A stretch of 63,530 bases of DNA, filler included, from 7 parts of 7 records of this genome joined end to end with filler, not necessarily neighbours in it; one strand, 5' to 3'. Positions 52,405 through 62,986 are shown, numbered from the whole stretch's first letter. Translations and numbers: made by a program. The notes: generated by a model from the letters alone, not told the origin.

Positions 52405-53700
52405 ATGGAGGGACTAGTTGTTTTTGGGGGGATGCTTATTCTGTTTTTTCTGGGTATCCCAATCGGGTTCTCTTTGTTCATGATAACGTTTGTTGCCTTC
52501 TCCTTTTTTACCGATATTCCGCTCATCGCCATGGCTCAGGCCATCCTGGCGAAATTGGATTCTTATCCCCTCTTGTGTGTTGTGTTTTTCATTCTCACCG
52601 GAAACCTCATGGTGAGAGGAAAGACCTCCGGTAAGTTGGTTGAATTGACCAACTCCATGCTTGGATACATTCCGGGCGGGCTAGGCATAGTAGGGGTATC
52701 GGCTTCCGCCATGTTTGGGGCCATATCGGGCTCCGCCACAGCCACCCTGGTTGCCATTGGCGGCATTATGATGCCTTCAATGATCAAGGAGGGATACAAT
52801 GATCAGGACAGCGTGGGACTCATGACGAATGCGGGAATGCTGGGGATCATTATGCCCCCAAGTGTTCCGCTGATCATATATGCCCTCCTGGCGGGGACTT
52901 CCGTGGGAAAAGTGTTTGCCGCGGGGTTTCTGCCCTGCATGTTGATCGTTGTCATTTTCTCTCTCTACGTATGGTTAAGCGCTCGAAAGAACAAGTACGC
53001 CTGTCTCGAATTCGTGGGAATCGGGCCGTACCTGAAAAGGGTTCTAGGGTCGTTTTACAGGGCCGTGCCCGCCTTGTCGATTCCCCTGGTTATTTTTATC
53101 GGGATTTTCGGCGGGATCTTTTCAGCCACTGAGGCGGGCGCCATTTCCGTCCTGATGGCTTTTGGAATTGAATTCTTTCTCTACAGGGGCGTTTCACTGA
53201 AGCTGGCTTGGGATACCATTCTCGAGTCCTTTATGGTTACGGCTACTTTTCTCATTATAGTGGCCGCGGCATCCACGTTTGGCGATTATCTGACGCTTCA
53301 GCAGATTCCGGTTCGACTGACCGAAGCAGCCATGAAGTACATCCATTCCCCGATTGTTTTCCTTCTGTTTATCAATTTTTCTTTTCTGATCTGCGGAATG
53401 TTCTTGGATGTTCTATCTGCGATCATTCTTTTGACGCCCATCGTGATCCCTATCGTGAATGGGTTTGGGATTGATCCAATCCATTTCGGCATCCTGGTGG
53501 TTGTGAATCTGGGAATCGGATACGTGACGCCGCCGGTGGGGATCAACCTCTTTGTAAGCTCGAGCATTATGAAAAAGACGTTGCCGGAAGTAATTTCCGC
53601 GAGTTTACCCTATTTTATTCTGAGTTTGTTTGCACTGATCATCATAACCTATTGGCCGGATCTGAGTCTTTGGATTCCACGCTTGATATACGGGTCATAG
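52405..53700 (+). CDS. dctM: TRAP large permease
   Basis: FGAISGS, IMPPS, ATEAG, GIDPIHFG, TPPVG. Confidence 0.95.
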   Translation: MEGLVVFGGMLILFFLGIPIGFSLFMITFVAFSFFTDIPLIAMAQAILAKLDSYPLLCVVFFILTGNLMVRGKTSGKLVELTNSMLGYIPGGLGIVGVSASAMFGAISGSATATLVAIGGIMMPSMIKEGYNDQDSVGLMTNAGMLGIIMPPSVPLIIYALLAGTSVGKVFAAGFLPCMLIVVIFSLYVWLSARKNKYACLEFVGIGPYLKRVLGSFYRAVPALSIPLVIFIGIFGGIFSATEAGAISVLMAFGIEFFLYRGVSLKLAWDTILESFMVTATFLIIVAAASTFGDYLTLQQIPVRLTEAAMKYIHSPIVFLLFINFSFLICGMFLDVLSAIILLTPIVIPIVNGFGIDPIHFGILVVVNLGIGYVTPPVGINLFVSSSIMKKTLPEVISASLPYFILSLFALIIITYWPDLSLWIPRLIYGS

Positions 53701-53771
53701 GGGTTTCATCGATTTATCTTGCTGACCCAAAGTCCATAGGATGATGTCATACATTAAAGGGAGATAGGTCT

Positions 53772-54263
53772 ATGCCAGAAAGAAATCTTTTAGATGGCAA
53801 GAAAATTCTCATCGTGGATGATGAGACTGACATATTGGAGACGCTGGAAGATATCCTGACCATGTGCGAAGTGGCCACCGCTTCCAGTTTTAATGAGGCC
53901 GAAGCGCTTTTGAAAACCCGATACTTTGACATTGCCGTCTTGGATATTATGGGGGTTAATGGCTACGAACTGCTCAAAATTGCAAAAAAAAAGGGGGTGA
54001 TGTCGATTATTCTGACGGCCCATGCACTCACGCCCGATAACCTCATGAAGTCTTTCAACCAAGGGGCGGACTCCTATGTGCCTAAAGATAAGATCGCCGA
54101 TATAACCACCTTCTTGGAGGATATCCTGGAAGCCAGGCAACAGGGAAAACATTTATGGGGACGCTGGTTTGAACGGTTTGCGTCATTTTTTGAAAAGAAA
54201 TTTGGTCCTGAGTGGCAAGCAGAGAACAAGGACTTCTTGAAAAATCTCCAGTATCGCATCTGA
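53772..54263 (+). CDS. Single-domain response regulator
   Basis: VDDE, LDIMG, LTAH, VPK. Confidence 0.88.
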   Translation: MPERNLLDGKKILIVDDETDILETLEDILTMCEVATASSFNEAEALLKTRYFDIAVLDIMGVNGYELLKIAKKKGVMSIILTAHALTPDNLMKSFNQGADSYVPKDKIADITTFLEDILEARQQGKHLWGRWFERFASFFEKKFGPEWQAENKDFLKNLQYRI

Positions 54264-54293
54264 TCCCTAATAAGGTTCCAAGGTAAAATACGC

Positions 54294-54668
54294 ATGGCTT
54301 CTTATACCAACAATCTTGATCTCAGTGAGATTTTCCCCCTCATATTAGATACCGTACCCGTTGGGATTACGTTGATCGATACGGAAGGACGAATGTTATA
54401 CTTTAATCGGTATGCCGCCGAAATCCTTGATCGTAAACCCGAATATTTAGGCCGAAATATTCGACGGTGTCATAAAGAATCGGAGAGTATTGTTAAAATC
54501 GACCGTATATTAGAAGAATTTAAAAGAGGTGAATGCTCTGAGTTTTACTATGAGGCAAGCCGTGCGGGGACGGATTTTGCCGTTACGGTTCGGCCGTTGA
54601 AAAAACAAGGTCGGCTGCTCGGATGCATTCACAGCGTTGTGATAAAGAGTAAGAAACCGGGAGGTTAA
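54294..54668 (+). CDS. Stand-alone PAS domain protein
   Basis: ILDTVPVGITLID.EG..LYFN...LGRNIRRCH. Confidence 0.8.
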   Translation: MASYTNNLDLSEIFPLILDTVPVGITLIDTEGRMLYFNRYAAEILDRKPEYLGRNIRRCHKESESIVKIDRILEEFKRGECSEFYYEASRAGTDFAVTVRPLKKQGRLLGCIHSVVIKSKKPGG

Positions 54669-54675
54669 GTCTAAA

Positions 54676-55449
54676 GTGGACATTATCGTTTGCATCAAAC
54701 AGACATTTGATTCGGAGGCAAGAATTCTTCTGGATCCGGAAGGCCTTATTGACGAAAGTGCGGTCAAATTTGTTGTTAATCCCTTCGATGAGTACGCGGT
54801 AGAAGAGGCCATTTTGTTAACGGAGAAATATGGCGGACAAGTTACGGTTGTTTCTGCAAGCCCGCAGGATCCCTCACAGGCGTTTCGTCAATGTCTGGCC
54901 ATGGGCGCGGGCCGTGCTGTGTGGCTGGACTGCGGCGGGGCCGATTTTGCCGATTCCCATATCTGTGCCGAGGTATTGGGGAAGTGGCTGAAGACAGAGG
55001 ATTATGATCTGATCTTTTGCGGTAAGGAGGCCATTGACGACGGGATGTCGGAATTGCCGTCCCGACTGGCCGAGATATTGGACTTGCCACAGGTTAATGC
55101 GGTGTCCTCGCTTAATGTTGAGAACGGAAAAGCAACGGCCAGAAGGGATATCGAGGGGGGATACGAGGTGATAGATGTGAATATCCCCTTCCTTCTGTCA
55201 GCCCAAAAAGGATTGAATGACCCTCGATATCCCTCCATGCGTCGCATTTTGCAGGCGAAGAAAATAAAAATCGAAAAGATCACATTGGAAGATCTGGGCG
55301 TGGCGGCAGAAGACCTGGTCCCTTTTGTAACGGTAGCGGAATATATTATTCCGGAAGCAAGGGAGGGAGGAAAAATTTTGAATGGTACGCACCGGGAGGC
55401 TGTTGCTGAATTATTCAGGGCATTTAAAGACGAGAGAAAACTGATTTAA
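54676..55449 (+). CDS. etfB: Electron transfer flavoprotein beta
   Basis: IVCIKQ, NPFDEYAVEEA, AMGA, PRYPS. Confidence 0.95.
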   Translation: MDIIVCIKQTFDSEARILLDPEGLIDESAVKFVVNPFDEYAVEEAILLTEKYGGQVTVVSASPQDPSQAFRQCLAMGAGRAVWLDCGGADFADSHICAEVLGKWLKTEDYDLIFCGKEAIDDGMSELPSRLAEILDLPQVNAVSSLNVENGKATARRDIEGGYEVIDVNIPFLLSAQKGLNDPRYPSMRRILQAKKIKIEKITLEDLGVAAEDLVPFVTVAEYIIPEAREGGKILNGTHREAVAELFRAFKDERKLI

Positions 55450-55464
55450 TGCGTGGAGTGAATT

Positions 55465-56427
55465 ATGTCTATTTTGGTTTTTGCAGAACAGCGGGAAAAC
55501 AGGATCCGTAAGGCTGCAATAGAGGCTGTAAGCAAGGGAAGAGAACTGGCAGATATTTTAGGCGAAAAGATAATGGTTTTGCTGATTGGAAGCGGCGTTT
55601 CCGATCTGGTGGATGAGATCAAGACATATGGCCCCCATGAAATCCATGTGGCTGACAGCCCGGATCTGTCGCTCTATCAAACCGAAACCTATGCCCGGGC
55701 GTTGGATGAAATGGTCATGAAAATGAATCCACGGCTGGTCCTCATGGCACATTCCGTGATGGCCAAGGATCTCGCACCAAGGGTTGCACAGCGGGTTGGT
55801 TCAGGTCTGCTGACCGATTGCGTGGATATCCTGCTGGATAACGGGGACATATCGTTTGTGAGACCTATTTATGCGGGGAAGGCTCTGGCCCGAATGAAAA
55901 TAACCACACCCATACAATTCGTTACCTTACGCTCCAATATCTTCCCGGCTGAGAAGGCATCAAATGAAACAGAGGTTCGGGAATTGGATGTGACCATAAA
56001 AGTTCCCCGGGCCAAGACCATGGAACTGGATATACCTACCGATCAGGGTCCTGAATTGACGGAGGCGGATATTATTGTGTCCGGCGGCCGAGGCCTGGGA
56101 GATGCGGAAGGTTTTGCACTTATTGAGAAACTGGCAGGACTCTTTGGTGGTGCTGTTGGAGCTTCGAGGAGCGCAGTTGACGCCGGGTGGAAGGGTCATC
56201 AGCATCAGGTGGGCCAGACCGGAAAGGTGGTAAGCCCGAATCTCTATATTGCTTTGGGAATTTCGGGTGCCATTCAACACATTGCCGGTATGGGAACCTC
56301 CAAATGTATTGTTGCCGTGAACCAGGACCCTGAGGCCAACATTTTTAACCTAGCTGATTATGGTATTGTGGGGGACCTTTATGAAGTGGCGCCAATAATG
56401 ATTGATCAGTTGGAGACATTGAGCTGA
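55465..56427 (+). CDS. etfA: Electron transfer flavoprotein alpha
   Basis: VSGGRG, GASR, QVGQTGK, GISGAIQH. Confidence 0.96.
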   Translation: MSILVFAEQRENRIRKAAIEAVSKGRELADILGEKIMVLLIGSGVSDLVDEIKTYGPHEIHVADSPDLSLYQTETYARALDEMVMKMNPRLVLMAHSVMAKDLAPRVAQRVGSGLLTDCVDILLDNGDISFVRPIYAGKALARMKITTPIQFVTLRSNIFPAEKASNETEVRELDVTIKVPRAKTMELDIPTDQGPELTEADIIVSGGRGLGDAEGFALIEKLAGLFGGAVGASRSAVDAGWKGHQHQVGQTGKVVSPNLYIALGISGAIQHIAGMGTSKCIVAVNQDPEANIFNLADYGIVGDLYEVAPIMIDQLETLS

Positions 56428-56636
56428 TAGCTCAAGATTAGATTTTTTCGACCCGCATGCGGACGTCGTTTCCTAAAAAATCCCGGGAAAGTACTTCTCC
56501 CTCATTATGCTTGATCACTTTTTGGATTTTTTCCAGCTTTTCCCGTTCAAGGATGAATCCAAAAGATTCTCCCCTGTGAAGTATCCTCAGACATAGAGCT
56601 ACGTCCTGGTAGGCACGTCAGCAATCGCCCCTGTAA

Positions 56637-57593
56637 TCAATCCAATCCGTTTTTTTTGTCATATGCCAGGTCCTTTGAAGATATCAGCAGAAAATCGCAC
56701 AGGGCCCTGCAAAGGGGCGAAGAGATCCTTCTTTTGTCCCTGATCAGATAAAAGCTGCGGTGCATGGAAAGATTTTCAATCCTCAAGGTTTTCAGTACAC
56801 CTGAATCCAATTCGGTTTCCAGGGCACGCGAAGAAAGGATAGAAACACCTAAGCCCGACTTGATACCTTCTTTGACTGCGGTGGATGTGCCCAAACGGGC
56901 GACCGCTTTAAAGGAACTCACCCCTCTTGTCCCGTTGGCCCGTAGGTACTTGTCAAAGATTTTAAAGGTTCCCGACCCAGATTCCCGAAATATAAAGGGC
57001 TCTTCAAACAGCGCCTCCAAGGGAATCGTTTCCCTGTCGGCCCACCGATGTTGGAAGGGGATGGCCAATACCAGTTCATCCGCCCAAAGCTTTTGACAGA
57101 TCAGTCTTTTTTTTGTGGTTTTGGAACCGATAACGCCCAGTTCAAGACCGCCGTTTAAAACCTTTGATTCAATGTTCACGGAATCAGCCACGGACAGATT
57201 GACGGAGACCGATGGATATTCCCGGCAGAAAAGCCCGAGAATTCTTGGAAGAATATATTCGCCGGGGATGGTACTGCCGCCCAAGCGGATATCACCCCGT
57301 TTGACCCCCATGAACTCCTGCATTTCAAGGCATGCCGTTTTTTTCATATCCAGAAGCAAAACAGCATGTTTGTACAGCAATTCTCCGGCCTTGGTGGGCG
57401 TAATTTCCCTTCCGAGCCGATCCAGGAGTCGAACGCCGACCATTTTTTCAAGGGTTGCAATCCGTTCGCTGACGGAGGCCTGTGCCAGAAAAACAACCTT
57501 GGCGGCTTTTGAAAAGCTTTTCAGGTCAACGATTTTCACGAAAATTTCAAGCTGGCGCAGGTCAAAATCAATGGAAAACATTGAATTATCCAT
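56637..57593 (-). CDS. LysR regulator (CysL-like; resembles the selenium-metabolism-associated group)
   Basis: LRQLEIF...SFSKAA..FLAQASVS, GSTIPGEYILP, RESGSGT; start uncertain. Confidence 0.88.
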   Translation of the reverse strand: MDNSMFSIDFDLRQLEIFVKIVDLKSFSKAAKVVFLAQASVSERIATLEKMVGVRLLDRLGREITPTKAGELLYKHAVLLLDMKKTACLEMQEFMGVKRGDIRLGGSTIPGEYILPRILGLFCREYPSVSVNLSVADSVNIESKVLNGGLELGVIGSKTTKKRLICQKLWADELVLAIPFQHRWADRETIPLEALFEEPFIFRESGSGTFKIFDKYLRANGTRGVSSFKAVARLGTSTAVKEGIKSGLGVSILSSRALETELDSGVLKTLRIENLSMHRSFYLIRDKRRISSPLCRALCDFLLISSKDLAYDKKNGLD

Positions 57594-57597
57594 TGAT

Positions 57598-58177
57598 TTA
57601 GAGGTATGAAAACCAGTAGTCTTCAATCATTTTGAAATTTTTCGCCACGGCATCACGACCCGATACCACATCCCCATGTCCGGTCAGCAGAAGGGATACG
57701 TCAAGACGCGATATCCTTTGAATGCTCTCTTTGAGCTCCTGCCCGTTTCCACCGGGAAGATCCGTTCTGCCGATTCCCTGGTTGAACACCACATCGCCCG
57801 TGAAAAGTATTTTTTTGTCCGGCTGGTAGAGACAGATGGAACCGGGCGAATGCCCCGGTGTGTGGATCACCTGAAACACCTGGTCGCCGATAACGAGATC
57901 CCCTTCCTCCAGAAGGATGTCCGGTTCGAAATCGGAAATGCCCAATGCTTCCCCATAATGGGGGGCAACGGATTTAATGAATGCATTTTCGGCTTCATGA
58001 AGGGCAATGAGGGTATGGGTGTTTTCAAATATCCTGACCCCCTCCATATGGTCGGGGTGCCCGTGGGTAATGATGACCATGTTCATGTCTTCAGGGGTGA
58101 GGGATAGCCGGGATAGTTCGTCCCGAACATGGCTGAAAAGATGATAGTGGCCCGGATCCAAAAGGATTTTCTTTTCC
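57598..58177 (-). CDS. MBL-fold metallo-hydrolase (5' partial)
   Basis: THGHPDH, HTPGHSPGS, TGD, GRTDLPGG, GHG. Confidence 0.92.
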
Positions 58178-58277
58178 NNNNNNNNNNNNNNNNNNNNNNN
58201 NNNNNNNNNNNNNNNNNNNNNTTAATTAATTAANNNNNNNNNNNNNNNNNNNNNNNNNNNNNNNNNNNNNNNNNNNN
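58178..58277. other. Artificial contig spacer
   Basis: N44-TTAATTAATTAA-N44. Confidence 0.98.
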
Positions 58278-58314
58278 CTCCGGCTCGTTTTGCTACATCA
58301 TCCATACTGGCCAT
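58278..58314 (-). CDS. LacI-family regulator N-terminus (partial)
   Basis: Reverse strand reads MASMDDVAKRAG, a LacI HTH start. Confidence 0.8.
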
Positions 58315-58372
58315 ACGACAAAGTTTTAGTTAAAGTTTAATCTGATCGTTAATATTATAAATCGAGCTGCAA

Positions 58373-58396
58373 TGTAAACGTTTTCATCCAAATATA
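58373..58396 (-). promoter_or_regulatory. LacI-type operator next to Bacteroidota -7 element of the lacI gene
   Basis: TGTAAACGTTTTCA (58373-58386); TATATTTG on the minus strand (58389-58396). Confidence 0.7.
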
Positions 58397-58570
58397 AAAA
58401 TTTTTAACCTGTTTTTATCAGCACACGCAAACACCCCCTCACCTCTCCAACCACATGTTCACACTGACTACAAGCACGTTACAAAATATTCACATCAAAA
58501 AAAAAGAAAAAAAAACATTCCCATTTAATTTTTGATTTTTTGGGAGAATTTAAAATAATTATACAAAAAC

Positions 58571-58611
58571 AATGATAACGTTTACATTTACGCAAAATCT
58601 TTCTAATTTTG
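58571..58611 (+). promoter_or_regulatory. LacI-type operator overlapping the GH operon promoter
   Basis: AATGATAACGTTTACATT (58571-58588); -7 element TAATTTTG (58604-58611). Confidence 0.7.
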
Positions 58612-58631
58612 AAAGCTAAAATAAACCAATA

Positions 58632-61600
58632 ATGCTATTTAAGGGATATCATATAATTACTTTTCTTGCTTTTTTTTTAGTTCTTGCCAATTCATGCAAG
58701 AAAGCAGATCAGCAGAAACCGGAGTCCAACAGTACCATAAGTTATTCTAGTTTTATTTCACCACAAAATGATTTTCGATCTCACCCTTTTTATTCGATAA
58801 ATGATTCGCTAACCGAAGAAGAAATCAGCAGACAAATCAAAGACTTTAAACAAGCTGGTTTTGGTGGTTTCTATTTACATAGCCGATCTGGATTGATTAC
58901 AGAATTCCTGGGAGATGACTGGTGGAAAATAATGCAGGCCTCGGTTAATGCAGCTAATGAAGTTGATTTGCGCTGCATGTTTTACGACGAAGATAAATGG
59001 CCAAGTGGTTTTGCCGGTGGAATTGTCCCCCGCATAAGCGAAGATTATCGTTCGAAATGTTTGGCACGTTTAGCAAAAACCACCCAACTACCTGCCGGAG
59101 CAGAAATAATTGGCAGTGATAGTTTATATAACTATGTAATGTTTACGATGCAAATGGGATGGGACATTTTTAACGGAACCTGTTACGTTGATCTTTTCAA
59201 TCCCCAAGCGGTTCAGGCGTTTATTAATGTATCCTATAAACCCTATGTTGAAAAATATAAATCTTCAATTTCTACTTATACCCCTGCAATATTTTCTGAT
59301 GAGCCGCATGTTCACGCCAGGTATTTTGAAAAAAAAACACCGAACCTCGGAACACTTTCCTATTCACCTTGGCTAGAAAAGAAATTCCAGGAGCTGTACG
59401 GTTATTCTCTTCGCGATAACCTTAGCCTTCTATTTGAGGAAAAGGAAAATTGGCGAGAAGTAAGGATGCACTACTATCGTGCAAAGGCACTTACTTTTGA
59501 AGAGAGTTATACCAAACAATTAGCAGAATTTTGTGGCACTAACGGATTCGAATATACCGGACATTATTTAGCAGAAGATGTTATGCACAAAATTCGCGAC
59601 CGGGCAGCCAACACCATGCTTCATTACCGAAGCATGCAACAACCGGGCATAGACCTGCTTGGCCTTTCTATCGACAAAAAATTGATTACCGGCCGCAACC
59701 TGAGCAGCGTTGCCAATCAATATGGTAAGCAAAAGAGACTAAGCGAACTTTTTGGTATTAGCGGACAGAATATGAACTTTGAAGACCGCAAATGGCTGGC
59801 AGGCTGGCATAGTATCCTTGGCATTAACCACTTTTGTCCGCACCTTACACTATACAGCATGGCAGGGCACCGAAAACGCGATTATCCGCCCACTTTTTCG
59901 TATCAACAGCCCTACTGGAATTACAACAAAAAAATTGAAGATTATTTGGGACGCATTGCCTATGCATCTTCCGTTGGAAAATATGCACCACAAATTCTGG
60001 TAATTAGCCCATTGGAAAGTGCCTATATTAAGGGCCGTGAGGATGGTGAATTTACCAGTGGTATGTTAAGCGTACTTGGAGATTTACAAGCTGCGCATTA
60101 TGATTACGATATTGGAGACGAACAAATTTTGGCTGACACAGCATACCTTAATGGTAGTAATTTGGTTGTTGGCGAGATGAGCTATCAACATATTATCCTT
60201 CCAGACATGATTTCGATTCGCGAAAGCTCCATTAATCTAATACTGGAGTTGCAAAAAAAAGGAGGATTGATTTTTAATACCGGACGTTTTCCCGTGTACG
60301 TTGACGGAAAAGAAAACAAACAAAAGCTGGATGAGCTAAAACAACACGTTATTCTGGCAGCAGATAAAGATCTGGAAACAACACTTGTTAAATATATTAA
60401 TCCTCACGTAAAATTAACAGGTAAAGAAGCCAAAAAGATTTGGATCCAAAGCCGTATTGTTAGAGATGGAAAACTAATCCAGTTTTACAACAGCTCCAGA
60501 ACCTCAACCATACGTTTTAATGTAACTGCAGAATTCAACCAGGGCAATACCGTTTTATGGGAACCATCAGAAATAAAATGTTATTCGCTTTCTGCAAACA
60601 AAAAAGGAGGTTATACGCTTGAACTTAAACCCTCTTCAAATATTTGGATAACTTCGGGTAGCCTAAGTAAAGATGCAGTTGTTTCAGGAGAATACCAACT
60701 TCCCCAATCAACGAAAGAAGAGTTGGTATTAAAAAATAATTGGAAAGGCAATCGACTAAATCCAAATGCCCTTACACTGGATTTTGCCAGATATTCAATC
60801 AATGGGGGAAATACGTTTAGTAAAGAAGAACCAGTAATCGGAATTTTCAGCCGTTTAGCTGATCAAAATTATAATGGAGATTTAATTTTGGATTATTCAA
60901 TTAAGGTTGATGCGATTCCGAAAGATTGTCAATTGGTAATAGAACAACCAAACATGTATTCTTCCATTCAGGTTAATAAAAAACAAGTACATTTCGATAA
61001 AAACAAACATTACCTTGACCGTACTTTTAAGAGCAAAACTATTTCTGGTTTGTTAAAAGAAGGAACCAACACCATTGAGTTAAAAGTGGATTTTAAAGCT
61101 CCTCAACCGTTAAGCTCCGATCCCCAAAAAAGATACGGAACTGAAATTGAAAGTATTTACCTAACCGGAGACTTTGCAGTTACCGGAACGGATGAAAAAG
61201 AAACTTATACCACACAGCGTAACCGAGCCGGTGATTTTCAACAGCGACCGGTTCATCAATTTTCAGATTTTGTAATTACTTCAGAAAAAGAAACCTTTAA
61301 TGGTAACCTGACAGTAGAGGGGTACCCGTTTTATGCCGGAAGTTTTGAGTTGATCCAAACTTTCGAGATGCAAAATATGAGTCCTGAGAAAGAATATTTC
61401 CTCGAACTATCCAATTGTGAAGCGATAACTTCAGTAATAGAAATAAATGGTCAGGTTGTTGATACTCTGGCCTGGGCACCTTTTAAAACAAAAATAACCG
61501 GGCATTTAATACAAGGTAAAAATGAGGTAAAAATAATCCTGGTAAATTCATTAAGAAACCTGCTTGGACCGCATCACCATAAGGGAGGCGAGCTAATAAA

Positions 61601-61775
61601 GGTTGGTCCCAAAAGTTTTACAGGCTCTGGTGGTTTCCCTGATGGTCGGGGAGAAAAAGATTGGTACGATCGTAGAAAAACAGGAGAGAAAACGGCAATT
61701 TGGACTGATACTTATAACCACATACCATTTGGGTTCATCGAAAATATTAGAATAACTTCTTCAAAAAATAAATAA
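58632..61775 (+). CDS. GH106-like (alpha-L-rhamnosidase-like) lipoprotein glycoside hydrolase
   Basis: Lipobox ANSC, GFGGFYLH, YDEDKWPSG.AGG, FSDEP, PGID, SE.FG, KRDYPP. Confidence 0.75.
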   Translation: MLFKGYHIITFLAFFLVLANSCKKADQQKPESNSTISYSSFISPQNDFRSHPFYSINDSLTEEEISRQIKDFKQAGFGGFYLHSRSGLITEFLGDDWWKIMQASVNAANEVDLRCMFYDEDKWPSGFAGGIVPRISEDYRSKCLARLAKTTQLPAGAEIIGSDSLYNYVMFTMQMGWDIFNGTCYVDLFNPQAVQAFINVSYKPYVEKYKSSISTYTPAIFSDEPHVHARYFEKKTPNLGTLSYSPWLEKKFQELYGYSLRDNLSLLFEEKENWREVRMHYYRAKALTFEESYTKQLAEFCGTNGFEYTGHYLAEDVMHKIRDRAANTMLHYRSMQQPGIDLLGLSIDKKLITGRNLSSVANQYGKQKRLSELFGISGQNMNFEDRKWLAGWHSILGINHFCPHLTLYSMAGHRKRDYPPTFSYQQPYWNYNKKIEDYLGRIAYASSVGKYAPQILVISPLESAYIKGREDGEFTSGMLSVLGDLQAAHYDYDIGDEQILADTAYLNGSNLVVGEMSYQHIILPDMISIRESSINLILELQKKGGLIFNTGRFPVYVDGKENKQKLDELKQHVILAADKDLETTLVKYINPHVKLTGKEAKKIWIQSRIVRDGKLIQFYNSSRTSTIRFNVTAEFNQGNTVLWEPSEIKCYSLSANKKGGYTLELKPSSNIWITSGSLSKDAVVSGEYQLPQSTKEELVLKNNWKGNRLNPNALTLDFARYSINGGNTFSKEEPVIGIFSRLADQNYNGDLILDYSIKVDAIPKDCQLVIEQPNMYSSIQVNKKQVHFDKNKHYLDRTFKSKTISGLLKEGTNTIELKVDFKAPQPLSSDPQKRYGTEIESIYLTGDFAVTGTDEKETYTTQRNRAGDFQQRPVHQFSDFVITSEKETFNGNLTVEGYPFYAGSFELIQTFEMQNMSPEKEYFLELSNCEAITSVIEINGQVVDTLAWAPFKTKITGHLIQGKNEVKIILVNSLRNLLGPHHHKGGELIKVGPKSFTGSGGFPDGRGEKDWYDRRKTGEKTAIWTDTYNHIPFGFIENIRITSSKNK

Positions 61776-62974
61776 TGAAAAGAACAATCTTAGTTATTAT
61801 AGCCGGTCTGTTATCCCTATTCATTTTATCCTGTTCTTCCCCATCAAAAAAAACACAAAAAACGGAGAATACAGTTTCTGAAAAGTGGAGTATAAAAATG
61901 GCCGATGCCGTTATGCAACGATACGATACTTTGGCCTATTACAATGGACGAACACGAGCCGGCTGGTCATATGATGTATCTCTTTTGGGAGCAGCAATCT
62001 ATAAATTGGGTGACCAGGATCCAAAATACAAAGCCTATCTAAAAACATTTATCGATATGTTGGTTGACGAGGACGGACATATTGAGCGGTATGATATGGA
62101 AAAATATAATATCGACCTGATTCGTCCTGCTACCTGTTTGCTAACCTTGGCAAACGACACGAAAGAAGAGAAGTATAAAAAGGCAATCCCACAGTTTGTG
62201 GAACAAATGAAAAACCACCCAAAAACCAATACTGGAGGTTACTGGCATAAAAAACGCTACCCCTGGCAAATGTGGTTAGACGGCTTATACATGGGATGTC
62301 CATTTCTTGCCCAATATGCAAAAGAATATAATGAGCCTGAATGGTTTGATGAGGTTGCACACGAATTTATTCTGGCTTACGAAAATACTGTTGATCCCAA
62401 CACTGGCCTGTTATACCATGCCTGGGACGAAAGCCATGAGCAACGCTGGAGTAATTCTGAAACCGGACAATCTCCGCATTTCTGGAGTCGTGCGATGGGT
62501 TGGTATGTAATGGCCATTGTTGATGTACTCGATTATTTACCTGAAGACCACCCAAAACGTGGTGAAATGATCGATATCCTCAAAAAAACATTGGATGCTT
62601 TAATTCGTGTTCGGGATGAAAAAACCGGTGTTTGGTACCAGGTTTTAAACATGGCAGGAAAAGAGCAAAACTATACCGAAGGTTCAGGAACAGCCATGTA
62701 CATCTATGCCATGGCTAAAAGTGCAAAAAAAGGCTATCTAGACAAATCATACCTCGAACTGGCAAATTCGGCATTCGATGATATGATAGATACTTTTATT
62801 ATTACCGATGAAGACGGACTGATCAGCATGGTAAATATTTGTGGAAGTTGTGGTCTTGGAGGTAATCCGTATCGCGATGGTTCGTATAACTATTATGTAA
62901 CCGAAAAAATTGTTAAAAACGACACCAAAGGTGTTGGGCCATTTATACTTGCGGCAATCGAGCTCGACCGCTAA
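61775..62974 (+). CDS. GH105 unsaturated glycuronyl (rhamnogalacturonyl) hydrolase, lipoprotein
   Basis: Lipobox LSC, YNID, GGYWHK.RYPWQMWLDGLYM, YHAWDE, WSRAMGW. Confidence 0.92.
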   Translation: MKRTILVIIAGLLSLFILSCSSPSKKTQKTENTVSEKWSIKMADAVMQRYDTLAYYNGRTRAGWSYDVSLLGAAIYKLGDQDPKYKAYLKTFIDMLVDEDGHIERYDMEKYNIDLIRPATCLLTLANDTKEEKYKKAIPQFVEQMKNHPKTNTGGYWHKKRYPWQMWLDGLYMGCPFLAQYAKEYNEPEWFDEVAHEFILAYENTVDPNTGLLYHAWDESHEQRWSNSETGQSPHFWSRAMGWYVMAIVDVLDYLPEDHPKRGEMIDILKKTLDALIRVRDEKTGVWYQVLNMAGKEQNYTEGSGTAMYIYAMAKSAKKGYLDKSYLELANSAFDDMIDTFIITDEDGLISMVNICGSCGLGGNPYRDGSYNYYVTEKIVKNDTKGVGPFILAAIELDR

Positions 62975-62986
62975 ACTTATAAAATC

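Noticed and set aside
39730-56427. Other TGA-ending genes in contig 6 as selenoproteins (gntR, delta fusion, alpha subunit, GlcF, dctQ, RR, etfA)
   Set aside because: Their TGAs fall at natural family C-termini or overlap the next start, not at conserved Cys positions.
5799-58277. Six identical TTAATTAATTAA motifs flanked by N runs, as a repeat family or CRISPR
   Set aside because: Fixed 100-nt synthetic spacers. Composition and gene style change at each one, so cross-spacer gene adjacency has no biological meaning, and ORFs ending X..LIN are artefacts.
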